Positions 27,601 to 35,360 of a stretch of DNA of 64,000 nt are shown here, in pieces. The position numbers were made by a program, and so were the translations under genes. Source of the DNA: Candidatus Enterousia sp. (GTDB lineage Bacteria > Pseudomonadota > Alphaproteobacteria > Rs-D84); the NCBI GenBank assembly GCA_045613785.1, contig JAZLBQ010000001.1, positions 2,571 to 66,570 of the forward strand, written 5' to 3'. How positions within the stretch are numbered: position 1 is the first letter of the stretch; every line of letters starts with the position of its first letter. A model generated the notes under the pieces. That model saw only the letters and a program-made list of their open reading frames with translations. It had not been told where the DNA came from and searched no databases.

Positions 27601-28514
27601 AAACCAAGAAATTAAACCCAACAGATAAACCTGTTACCCAGGCGGCTGCGGCTTCAATGCAAAATCAGATTTTGTCGCTGGCATCAGGACGTATGTCTGG
27701 CGGAATGGCAATGGGACGTGCCGGTGGTGACGAGGCAACCCAGGAAAATGGTTTCTGGATTCAAGGATTGTTTAACAAGTCTAAGTTCGCAGATAAATTC
27801 CATGGATATACACGTGGTGTTGCACTGGGGGCAGATACATTGCTTGAAAAGACTTGGACATTGGGTGGCGGTTTGGCATTTAATAATTCTGATGTTCATG
27901 CTGATGGTTTACATACAAATATCGACAGCAGAACCGTGTTCTTGTATGGTCAGTATAAGCCGGGCAAATGGTTTGTAAATTCGACTTTGACATATAACAT
28001 GTCTGAATATACAGACGATAAAACTGTTGCTGCAATCAAGTTGTCAAATACATACGATGTCGATTCGTATGGTGCCCAGATTATGACTGGCTTCGATTTT
28101 GCAACAGGTATCACGACCGAGGCTGGATTGCGTTATCTGCATATTGCACAGGAAGGCTATACAGATGAATTGGGTAATCCTGTTAGTGAAATGGACAACA
28201 GTTTCTTGTCTGGTGTTGCGGGCGTAAAGTATGCGTTTGAAATTGAAAACGATTGGTCCATTCAGTTGCGTCCAGAATTGCGTGCTGCAATGACATACGA
28301 TTTTGTCAGTGATGATGCGGTTGCAACGGTTGTCTTGCCGGGGGTTGCATCATACGAGGTTGCGACAGATCGTTTGAGTCGTTTGGGTGGTGAATTCGGT
28401 ATCGGATTGACTGCACTATATAAAGGTATGGAAATTTCCGTGATGTATGATTTAGATTTACACCAAGATTATACATCTCAGACGGGTATGATAAAGTTCC
28501 GTGGAAAGTTCTGA
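24651..28514 (+). CDS. autotransporter with polymorphic-membrane-protein (Pmp-type GGAI / FxxN) repeats
   Basis: The ATG at 24651 follows AAAGGAG and gives a signal peptide ..LLPALAIMPAMA. There are more than 20 GGAI[YFV]N / FxxN repeat units. The C-terminal ~280 aa are an autotransporter beta-domain ending ..MIKFRGKF. Confidence 0.85.
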   Translation: MSNTKHLADFLKVCSLLPALAIMPAMAETEIIEERLNLTADKIYQTDVLADGVVGSQGGVFYVGKDVGLVFQDDATFKNNVAQGKNVHGGAIYNEGRVDFADDATFSGNKTYSGGGAIRNLASGLMTFNGDAEFDGNLVLYSKDNSVGGSGAAINNNGKIVFNGEATFKNNSALDRKDSYSQGGAIYNGGELVFNGTAKFTGNASYNKGSVIENTAAGKITFNKGLVVNGNGTDLKGNSSNGINNSGTMNISGGDVIITNNNTGGIAGISTGAVLNIDAGDSGKILFENNTTRDSIVGLYSSGSETTLLADLISFKNNVQTSNTAKVYGGAVYNGGSGSDQGVLKLLAKNIVFEGNTLNGFQDGHKKIGGAALYNRGGGDSASVTETFVGLADGTSTILFKNNSSAQHGGAIFGRTDDGTGFDAQLTLTGNVEFSGNSAGENGGAIMNWTDGRGGLTDINIVGNVSFENNIAGKSGGAIFNSGTVDLSKAVAEFEGNIAKGNYGGAIYNAASGKFVNLTAEFEENKVQNDDFAAGGAIANIGKIAELTGEFEENSVLATTDNVITSAKGGAIYTFAGSTIDSIVADFDGNFAISGGEAMGGAIVNDGKIGKLHQLKDGFVNNKVDAKVYAWAGALYNSQGATIDELKADFTANSVKGALWSVGGAVLNYGTVGTLTGNFTNNSVVATEQDGSALGGAILNFDTIQALSGNFIGNTASAATAEYAMGGAIENYSGTINVVGDNLFHKNMADYGGAIDNNDVLNLTGKNVFTGNKANYDGGAIYNAGTLNLAGEIIFADNVHGKYNAANDIVNEGALNITAGTTTFGGGVKGTGDLVLAEGAILNIGTTTIHQGTINLQGTVIASLVNNQRGNGYGRFVGDITVGANAMFELNVGAVGTYNIWDGNVISKDQIIVGDIYEIANIDTNGVQIVTKSVEKVAQDVGLSTQAAGAVVSMANSNIGKSHQISLALQNALNSGDAEYVEAETKKLNPTDKPVTQAAAASMQNQILSLASGRMSGGMAMGRAGGDEATQENGFWIQGLFNKSKFADKFHGYTRGVALGADTLLEKTWTLGGGLAFNNSDVHADGLHTNIDSRTVFLYGQYKPGKWFVNSTLTYNMSEYTDDKTVAAIKLSNTYDVDSYGAQIMTGFDFATGITTEAGLRYLHIAQEGYTDELGNPVSEMDNSFLSGVAGVKYAFEIENDWSIQLRPELRAAMTYDFVSDDAVATVVLPGVASYEVATDRLSRLGGEFGIGLTALYKGMEISVMYDLDLHQDYTSQTGMIKFRGKF
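26732..26739 (+). repeat. G8 homopolymer inside the Pmp autotransporter CDS
   Basis: TGGGGGGGGC, encoding part of a GGAI repeat. Confidence 0.95.
26825..26832 (+). repeat. G8 homopolymer inside the Pmp autotransporter CDS
   Basis: ATGGGGGGGGC, a second tract 93 nt downstream of the first. Confidence 0.95.
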
Positions 28515-28518
28515 TTGT

Positions 28519-28546
28519 AAAAATCCCCCAAATGGGGGATTTTTTT
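28519..28546. terminator. bidirectional terminator (TCCCC/GGGGA family)
   Basis: AAAAATCCCCC-AAAT-GGGGGATTTTTT between convergent genes. The T tract contains the stop of 28545..29192. Confidence 0.85.
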
Positions 28547-29192
28547 AGCGAGAACGAATAACACCAAAATCGTTTATAACCCAGTCGCATAATTTATGTT
28601 TTAAACATTCGTCTGCGTCCAAGAAACCTTCTTCGTTTGATTGCAGTTTATTTAACATTTTTGGCGTTAAAGCAGTGTGTTGCAGATACATGTTTTTTTT
28701 CATGTTTGTTTGTTTCTTTATTCTGCTGGCAGCCATGTCGATTTCTGATTCTTTTTCAATGCTGGTGAGATGGCGACCAAAGTGAACAAAGTGATAGGCC
28801 TGGCTGAACATGATGCGAAAACCTGGGGTGCCAGTGATTGCTAGCAGGCTGCCACAACTGGATGCACGACCTAGGACAGTTGTGCGGATAATTGCACCTT
28901 TGGATTTTGCAATACTCAATAATGTGACGATTGAATCAAGTATTTTGCCGTCGCCACCAGTGGAATTTATGTAAACATCAATGACTGGATTCTTTATTGT
29001 TTGGTCATAAGGTGTTGTGATTTCATAGTCCGCTTGAGGTACTGGTTCAGTTGGGATGTTTGATACCAGGTCTGATAAATTTCCAATCAGTTCGTTGCTT
29101 GTTCTTGATGAAAATTCATCAAGAATAAAAATTTTGTTTTCCAGAATATAGTTTCCTGATTTTGATTCATTTATTATTTTGCTTTGTGCCAT
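28545..29192 (-). CDS. ClpP/S14-family serine protease-like protein (orphan)
   Basis: YINSTGGDG, GRASSCGSLLAITG (Ser position of the ClpP GxxASMG motif) and AYHFVHFG (His position). No clpX or clpA nearby. Confidence 0.65.
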   Translation of the reverse strand: MAQSKIINESKSGNYILENKIFILDEFSSRTSNELIGNLSDLVSNIPTEPVPQADYEITTPYDQTIKNPVIDVYINSTGGDGKILDSIVTLLSIAKSKGAIIRTTVLGRASSCGSLLAITGTPGFRIMFSQAYHFVHFGRHLTSIEKESEIDMAASRIKKQTNMKKNMYLQHTALTPKMLNKLQSNEEGFLDADECLKHKLCDWVINDFGVIRSR

Positions 29193-29295
29193 TATTAGTT
29201 CCTTGGGTAATTTTTGAAATTATTATATTGTACAAAAACAATAAATGTCAAGTTTTGAATGTGCTTTTTTGGGGGTAGGAGTCGCTAGGGTAATA

Positions 29296-29321
29296 AGAAA
29301 TCCCCCATTTGGGGGATTTTT
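29296..29321 (-). terminator. rho-independent terminator (TCCCC/GGGGA family)
   Basis: ATCCCCC-AAAT-GGGGGAT with flanking A/T tracts, 11 nt after the small ORF stop. Confidence 0.7.
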
Positions 29322-29332
29322 AAAGGAATACA

Positions 29333-29497
29333 CTATTTTTCATTGCCAGTGATGTCTGTCGGCCTTGGCATACTTGGACCAAAGGTAACGCCACGTGCCT
29401 GAAAAATCGCCGCCAGGTTTAGTGGTTCAAGATTTTTTCTGGGTCTTTGATTTACTGCTTCGCAACCCATATTCAATTTACTTACTATACTTGTCAT
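29333..29497 (-). CDS. possible small protein (54 aa), below the ORF-track size cut-off
   Basis: Hand translation gives MTSIVSKLNMGCEAVNQRPRKNLEPLNLAAIFQARGVTFGPSMPRPTDITGNEK. AAGAGG lies 8 nt upstream. There is an upstream TTGACA-N17-ATATAT promoter-like sequence, and a terminator right after the stop. Confidence 0.4.
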   Translation of the reverse strand: MTSIVSKLNMGCEAVNQRPRKNLEPLNLAAIFQARGVTFGPSMPRPTDITGNEK

Positions 29498-29585
29498 TTT
29501 TTAATGCCTCTTGTCAAAACATCTCTCTGACGCCAGTCAATATATATTACAAAAAACTTTTTGTCAAGTATTTTTGTTTTATATT

Positions 29586-31277
29586 TTACTGATCGCAACC
29601 ATACTCACCGCATGTTCCAGCTGAATATTCCTGGACATCGATTTCAACAGGAACTGGACGTGGATTTTCGGTGTAATGTGTTTCTTTGACAACACGAACA
29701 CGGCGGTTGGCGGCGTTTGGTGTGTTGTCAGGTGTTGGAACAGCCAAGTCTTCTTCGCCGGCAGATACTGCAACAATCTGGCTGGCTGGGATTCCGTATT
29801 GAATCAACATTTTCTGAACAGCTTCGGCACGGCGACCACCCAATGCATAATTGTAGTTCGTTGTGCCGGTTGTGTCTGTGTGACCAACAACAGAAATCTT
29901 GATGTTTTTGTTTTCCTGGGTGGCAGCCACCAATTGTTTAATCAATTCTTGGTATTCTGGTTTGATGATTGCCTTGTTGAAATCAAAACGTATTTCAAAG
30001 ACTTCTTCCATGACGTGTTGAGTTGGTTCTAGTGGAATCTGTTGAACCTTTATCATTGTTTTTTCGCCCTGGGCAGCTTGAATTTGATCCAGACGTGAAT
30101 TGATGGCGGCTAATTCTGCACGCATTGCCATCATCATGTTGATGAATTCTTCACGTGTGACCAATTCGTCGCTTATCATCGGAATTGGTTCTGGGCATGC
30201 CTGACATTCTGGACATGTTGGACATTCTGCACAGGCTGGACATTTTTGCTCTTTTTCTGTTACCACAACTGCAAATGATGGAGATGCAGGACAGTCTTTC
30301 TGACCATGTTGGCAGTTATGTTCATGCTCATGTGTTGCAGGAGCGGGGCAATTTGTTGCACCACTTGGGCATTCACTTGCACTTAGTGTGTTGTTGCTGT
30401 TGCGGATGCTGTTGTCGTTTGCACTTTTTGTAATTGATTTGTCGCCACCGTAAATATTCTGGTTGAATACCATTGGCTGAACTGGTTCTGGTTTAATCAG
30501 GTGTTCAGGAACATTTACATTGTTTACGATAATCACACCTTCACGGTTCTGAGATGCATTACGCATTGCAGCGGTGTTGCGTGTGTCTGGATAGTATTTC
30601 CCAGCAGTGCGTTCAACAGCAGTTTCAACGGTTGTTTGGCCGTTTGTTTTGATTGTTTCAGTAATTTTTTCTTGCTGTTCTAATTTTACCTTTTGTGCCA
30701 AGCTTTGGACGACTTTGCCACCATGGCAATCACGCAAGGCGACCATCGTTTTGTTAAAGCGGTCACGGCACTGATTGGCGGTTGCAATTTGACCACTTGC
30801 TGATGCAGATAGCCAGCAATCAAATTTAGCTTGGGCTTCGGCAGCCAACTGTGGATTGGTGTATGACGCATCATTTTTCAACTGTTCCATCAGTTCATTG
30901 TATGCATTATATAATTCAAATGCTTCTTGTTCGTTTTCAACAGGCCAATTTTCCAAACTTTCTGGGAAAGGAACTTCGCCACTGAATGCGGCAATAGCCT
31001 TGTTGGCGAATAATTCACCCATGTCCGCATAGCCACTGGTGCGGGCATTATATATTGCATAAGAACGATAGTTCATCGCCAGCTGGTTTAGAAATGAATC
31101 CTTGTGTGGGGCAGAATATACGTCCAGCGATTCAACATAGTCAACCGTTGGAGTTGATATAGGACCTTCATAGTTCGCATCGCCACCAGTATTTGCACAC
31201 GCAGTCAATGCAACTGCACTAACGATTGTCAGTATGCGTGAAATAACCCATGTTGCCACACAAGATTTATTTTTCAT
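29586..31277 (-). CDS. OmpA-family peptidoglycan-binding lipoprotein with central Cys/His-rich insert
   Basis: Lipobox ..AVALTAC. The C-terminal OmpA domain reads FDFNKAIIKPEY..VVGHTDTTGTTNYNYALGGRRAEAV..NRRVRVV. The insert is CPSGATNCPAPATHEHEHNCQHGQKDCP..KCPACAECPTCPECQACPEP. Confidence 0.85.
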   Translation of the reverse strand: MKNKSCVATWVISRILTIVSAVALTACANTGGDANYEGPISTPTVDYVESLDVYSAPHKDSFLNQLAMNYRSYAIYNARTSGYADMGELFANKAIAAFSGEVPFPESLENWPVENEQEAFELYNAYNELMEQLKNDASYTNPQLAAEAQAKFDCWLSASASGQIATANQCRDRFNKTMVALRDCHGGKVVQSLAQKVKLEQQEKITETIKTNGQTTVETAVERTAGKYYPDTRNTAAMRNASQNREGVIIVNNVNVPEHLIKPEPVQPMVFNQNIYGGDKSITKSANDNSIRNSNNTLSASECPSGATNCPAPATHEHEHNCQHGQKDCPASPSFAVVVTEKEQKCPACAECPTCPECQACPEPIPMISDELVTREEFINMMMAMRAELAAINSRLDQIQAAQGEKTMIKVQQIPLEPTQHVMEEVFEIRFDFNKAIIKPEYQELIKQLVAATQENKNIKISVVGHTDTTGTTNYNYALGGRRAEAVQKMLIQYGIPASQIVAVSAGEEDLAVPTPDNTPNAANRRVRVVKETHYTENPRPVPVEIDVQEYSAGTCGEYGCDQ

Positions 31278-31339
31278 AATATTCCCTTCTTTCTTTAATC
31301 TTTATTATTATACGTTTTTTTAAGGGGTTAGTAAAGCAT

Positions 31340-31365
31340 AAAAAAAACGCCCGAAGGCGTTTTTT
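31340..31365 (-). terminator. rho-independent terminator
   Basis: Minus strand: ACGCC-TTCG-GGCGT followed by T7, right after the MotB-like stop. Confidence 0.85.
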
Positions 31366-32476
31366 ATCGATTTGTTAGCTGTAATTCGATTCGACGATTC
31401 TTTTGCAGTGCCTTTGCGTCATTGCCCAGTTCGACAGGATGCATGTCGCCAAAGCCACTTGGGACAAGGCGACGCTTGGATACGCCTGCGTTGGCAAGCT
31501 CGTTAGCAACGGCAGTTGCACGCAATAGCGACAATTCTGTGTTGTTTTTATATCCCGGTGTGCCTGCAATTACTTGCTTTTTATCGGTATGACCGTCAAC
31601 ACGGATAATCCAGTTTATGTCTGTTGGAATTTTTTCTTCCATGTCTTTGATTACATTTGCTATCAGGTGTAGTTGTTTTTTGCCTTCGGGTGACAATTTG
31701 TATGAGCCACTTGGGAATAAAATGTCACTGTTGACAATAAAACGGTCGCCATCAGTCTGAATTGTGGTGCGGTCGCCCAGTGCTAGTTTTATAGCCTTGT
31801 AGAAATCAGATTGATATTTTGAAACATCTTTTAGTTCGGCAACCTTGTCGGCCAGAGCCTTGTTTAGGCGGTTTGACATTTCAACGTATTGGATTTCTTG
31901 GTTCCTAGATTTTTCTTCGGCAGCATCTAAGGCAGCTTGCAGTTTTTCTAGTTGCTGGGCCAATTCGGCACGTTGAGCTTCCATTTCTTGTTGTAGCTGT
32001 CGGCGTTCTTGTTCCAATTGTGCCGTTTTTTCTTTGTCCAGGGTTGCCTGGTTTAATTGTTGGGTTAGTGCGGAAACCTGTTCCTGCATATTTAGGCCTT
32101 GGCTTTGTAAATCAAGTATTTTAACCTCGTATGCGGTAATAAGGTCAGAAATGCTGTCGTCTATCTGATTTAGTTCGTCAGTCAGAACGGCGTTGTTTTT
32201 TTCTAAAGTTTCCAGCTCGTTTCGTGCCAAAATCAGCAGGCGTTTTGCTTCTTGCTCGTCGGCCAGCATTTGCTGAATCGTTTGAGTTTGTTCAGCGTTT
32301 GTTGCCTTTAAATCGTCAAGTGATTTTGTGTTGCCAACCTTGTTGAATACACTGGTCGTAGTCCACAAAAAGACAAATACAATCATTAAAAATATCAGTA
32401 TAATTACAAGATTCGAAAATAAATCTACGAATCCTGGCCATGCATTTGTATGTGTGCGATAACGAATGTTCATCAT
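31364..32476 (-). CDS. MotB-like protein: N-terminal TM with conserved Asp, long coiled coil, OmpA/MotB peptidoglycan-binding domain
   Basis: WPGFVDLFSNLVIILIFLMIVF matches the MotB/ExbD-type plug-TM region. About 170 aa of heptad-rich sequence follow. C-terminal FPSGSYKLSPEGK..RVDGHTD..NTELSLLRATAVANEL..NRRIEL. Confidence 0.8.
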   Translation of the reverse strand: MMNIRYRTHTNAWPGFVDLFSNLVIILIFLMIVFVFLWTTTSVFNKVGNTKSLDDLKATNAEQTQTIQQMLADEQEAKRLLILARNELETLEKNNAVLTDELNQIDDSISDLITAYEVKILDLQSQGLNMQEQVSALTQQLNQATLDKEKTAQLEQERRQLQQEMEAQRAELAQQLEKLQAALDAAEEKSRNQEIQYVEMSNRLNKALADKVAELKDVSKYQSDFYKAIKLALGDRTTIQTDGDRFIVNSDILFPSGSYKLSPEGKKQLHLIANVIKDMEEKIPTDINWIIRVDGHTDKKQVIAGTPGYKNNTELSLLRATAVANELANAGVSKRRLVPSGFGDMHPVELGNDAKALQKNRRIELQLTNR

Positions 32477-32504
32477 TGGTGTTTCTCTCTCTTGTTTTGT
32501 TTTT

Positions 32505-33278
32505 TTATTTGTCTAAGACAGATTGCTCTAGATTTTGGACGGATTGTGTCAATTCCCGTGTGGCTAAATTGATTTTTGGTAAAATCTTGGCAACGTCATC
32601 GGATACGGCAACATGTGTGTGAGCTGCCAGATAATCTTCTAGTTCGTGATAGATTGTATTCTGGGCAGATTGAATTTGTAACCCAAGAAAACCAATTGTA
32701 AGGCTGCCCCCCAGACCAAGCAAAGAACTGGTAAATGCAGTCGCCATCCCAGCCAGTGGGCGGGTTAGTCCAGCCTGCATAGATGTTAAAACTGTTTCGT
32801 CTGAAAAGTTTAATCCACCAATCAGTTCAGCAAAACCACCAACTGTTAAAATCAAACCCCAGAATGTTCCAAGCAGACCTAAAAAAATCAAAGTGTTGGT
32901 TATATAACGGATGGATTCACGTGAATCTTCGAAACGCATCAATATCATATCCATAAAACCGTTTAATGTCGCAGCAGAAATGCGACGTGGACGAGATGCC
33001 AACATTGATGCGACAGGACGCAATAGATACGGTGGTAATGCCAAATTACGGCGACCAGTTGTGTAGCCGTGTAACCATTTATATTCGGGTAATAATTGGA
33101 ATATTTGCACAAAACAAAGACCAATTCCAAACAAGGTTGTGCCAATAATCACGCCGTTTAACCATATGTTGGCGATTGATATTTGTATGAATTCAGCCCA
33201 AAAATACATCACGCCCGCAAACAAAAATGCGGTAAACAATGTCATGCGATTTAGTGCACTGTGAAAATGTCTAGTCAT
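32505..33278 (-). CDS. MotA/TolQ/ExbB proton-channel family protein
   Basis: 257 aa with four predicted TM segments. Signature region IFLGLLGTFWGLILTVGG...LAGMATAFTSSLLGLGGSL. GAGGGG RBS. Confidence 0.8.
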   Translation of the reverse strand: MTRHFHSALNRMTLFTAFLFAGVMYFWAEFIQISIANIWLNGVIIGTTLFGIGLCFVQIFQLLPEYKWLHGYTTGRRNLALPPYLLRPVASMLASRPRRISAATLNGFMDMILMRFEDSRESIRYITNTLIFLGLLGTFWGLILTVGGFAELIGGLNFSDETVLTSMQAGLTRPLAGMATAFTSSLLGLGGSLTIGFLGLQIQSAQNTIYHELEDYLAAHTHVAVSDDVAKILPKINLATRELTQSVQNLEQSVLDK

Positions 33279-33351
33279 GTGTCTGAACCCCTCGCTTAAA
33301 CATAGAATAGTAAATTTTTGAAATCTGTGTCAATAGGGATTTGATTGAATC

Positions 33352-34344
33352 TTATATTTTATAAATTCTGATAAATGATATTTCGGATGTGCCAGTTGAA
33401 CCAGAACCACCGTCGCCACCATTTATGCCTTTTTTATAATTAGATGAAACGGATGCACCGCCACCACCACCACCGTATGTTGTTGCAGTTTGACCACCGC
33501 AGGAATATGAAACTGTTTTGCCACCACGGCCGCCGACTACTGATATCATATTTATCAAATCGTATTCTGTGTATGATGTTACATCGCCACCATTGCCCCC
33601 GGCGTCTGGAGTAGCGTCTTCGCCAGGATTTACAATTACACCTTCGACATTGTTGTTCTTGTTAAATTGCCATTTTGTGCCACCAATTCCTTCTGGTGCA
33701 CCGCCACCACCGCCGCCAATGGAATTTATATATTTGTTGCTGGTTGATGAATATGTACGAGAAAAAGAACGATAGCCGTTTATATGGCCTGCAAGATTTG
33801 TTGTGTTGCCACCAAATCCATTTCCGACTTTGACTGTGGTAGATGCTGGCACTTGATTTGTTGCAGAGCCAGAACTTGCAGAAATGCATGATTTGCCTGC
33901 ACCGCCAGGAGCACGCCATGTGTTGTTGCCTACAACTAGGATACAGTCAACGCCAGATGCACCGCCGCCAAATGAACCCTTGGACGAACCGCTGGTGATA
34001 ACTTGACCAGGGTTGCCGTCGCCACCACGTAATGCATAAACTGTGGTTGGTTCAGAAATTGAAAATAATGCTGATGTGTATGTCGTAAAGTCTGGTTCAA
34101 CATGGTCAAGGCATTCGGGGTTTGGTGCCCCAATGCCACCACTTAATTCTGCACGATAACAGCCAGGTTCTAGTAATATTTCATTACATGTGTTAAAATT
34201 TTCTGCGGTAAATACCAGTTCTTCGGTGCCTTCCATTACACATGCCCCTTGGGGTAATTCGTTAACAGTGTGATATTTTGCACCTGTTGGTGTGGAAAAG
34301 TATAGGGCAGGCGATAATAGTAAAGGTGCGATTATTGGTAGCAT
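33352..34344 (-). CDS. glycine-rich (polyglycine-II / ALK-type Gly-rich-domain-like) protein, copy 2
   Basis: Contains GCYRAELSGGIGA, VYALRGGDGNPG, FGGGASGVDCILVVG, SIGGGGGGAPEG, TTYGGGGGGAS and C-terminal GGDGGSGSTGTSEISFIRIYKI. No convincing Sec signal. The start codon lies 2 nt after the stop of copy 1. Confidence 0.75.
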   Translation of the reverse strand: MLPIIAPLLLSPALYFSTPTGAKYHTVNELPQGACVMEGTEELVFTAENFNTCNEILLEPGCYRAELSGGIGAPNPECLDHVEPDFTTYTSALFSISEPTTVYALRGGDGNPGQVITSGSSKGSFGGGASGVDCILVVGNNTWRAPGGAGKSCISASSGSATNQVPASTTVKVGNGFGGNTTNLAGHINGYRSFSRTYSSTSNKYINSIGGGGGGAPEGIGGTKWQFNKNNNVEGVIVNPGEDATPDAGGNGGDVTSYTEYDLINMISVVGGRGGKTVSYSCGGQTATTYGGGGGGASVSSNYKKGINGGDGGSGSTGTSEISFIRIYKI

Positions 34345-34346
34345 GA

Positions 34347-35360
34347 CTATCCTATCTTGTGAATTCTGACAAAGCTGGTTGATGACGTGCCTGTTGAACC
34401 AGAACCGCCATCGCCGCCGACTTCACATTCATTATTACACCAAGAACCACTGTTGTTGCAAGTAGATGTTATTTTTGTTGTGCAGGTAGCACCACCACCG
34501 CCACCGCCATAGGTTGTGGCGGTTGTTCCGCCACACGAATATGAAATAGTTGCACCGCCATTGCCGCCATGAGCAAAATTTAGTGTGTTGGAATTATTTT
34601 GCAGGTTTGTAACACTGCCACCATTGCCACCATGGGTTGAGGTTGCAAGTGTGCCAGCAGTATTAGATAATTTTGTCGTTGCTTCTGCACCATTTCCAGG
34701 CAGTCCAGTGTTGCTTGGGGTCGAACCTGCACCGCCACCACCGCAGACATAATTAGATTTAACTGTTCCATTTCCGCCGTTGTTGATGTATTTGTCTGTA
34801 TAAAAACCGCCACCACCACCGCCGCATAGTGCAGAGATTCCCTGGCCACCACCAGGATGGGCAGTAATTGAACCGTTCATACAGCGTGAACCAGGAGCGC
34901 CTGTCGCACGAATTACACGGTCTCCAATTACCAAAATACTGTCAACACCAGAAGCACCGCCACCTGATACTTGGTGGCTTGAAATGGTTGGTGCGTTGTT
35001 ACCATCGCCACCACGTAGGGCATAAATCGTTGTAGGACTGTTTGTTTTAAAGAACGAGGACACATAGTTGCCTGGAAAATGTTGCTTGCCAGTTCCAGCG
35101 TTGCAGCGAGAAGGCATTCCGCCAGCACCGCCTTGTAGTTCTACACGGTAAATTCCAGCAGGCAGTTCATAGGATATGCATGTGTTTATAGGGGCAACAT
35201 CAATGATGATGTTCTCGACAGCATCCATAATCTGACCGTCAACAGGAACAAGCATGACATAATAAATTTCCCCGTTGGATTGCTTTATGTGCAGGGCAGG
35301 CGAGGTCATTTGTTGTGTGTGTGCTACTATTTCTATATTATCCAGATGTAATACTGGCAT
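34347..35360 (-). CDS. glycine-rich (polyglycine-II / ALK-type Gly-rich-domain-like) protein, copy 1
   Basis: Contains GIYRVELQGGAGG, IYALRGGDGNN, SGGGASGVDSILVIG, CGGGGGGFY, TTYGGGGGGAT and C-terminal GGDGGSGSTGTSSTSFVRIHKIG. No signal peptide. Confidence 0.75.
   Translation of the reverse strand: MPVLHLDNIEIVAHTQQMTSPALHIKQSNGEIYYVMLVPVDGQIMDAVENIIIDVAPINTCISYELPAGIYRVELQGGAGGMPSRCNAGTGKQHFPGNYVSSFFKTNSPTTIYALRGGDGNNAPTISSHQVSGGGASGVDSILVIGDRVIRATGAPGSRCMNGSITAHPGGGQGISALCGGGGGGFYTDKYINNGGNGTVKSNYVCGGGGAGSTPSNTGLPGNGAEATTKLSNTAGTLATSTHGGNGGSVTNLQNNSNTLNFAHGGNGGATISYSCGGTTATTYGGGGGGATCTTKITSTCNNSGSWCNNECEVGGDGGSGSTGTSSTSFVRIHKIG

Noticed and set aside
31364-33278. Calling the MotA/MotB-like pair a flagellar stator, TolQR, ExbBD or Zorya ZorAB
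   Set aside because: The window contains no flagellar, Tol-Pal or TonB genes. The MotA-like protein (257 aa) lacks the long ZorA tail, and there is no ZorC/ZorD. The long coiled coil in the MotB-like protein is atypical for MotB, TolR and ExbD. I left it as an uncharacterised stator-like pair.
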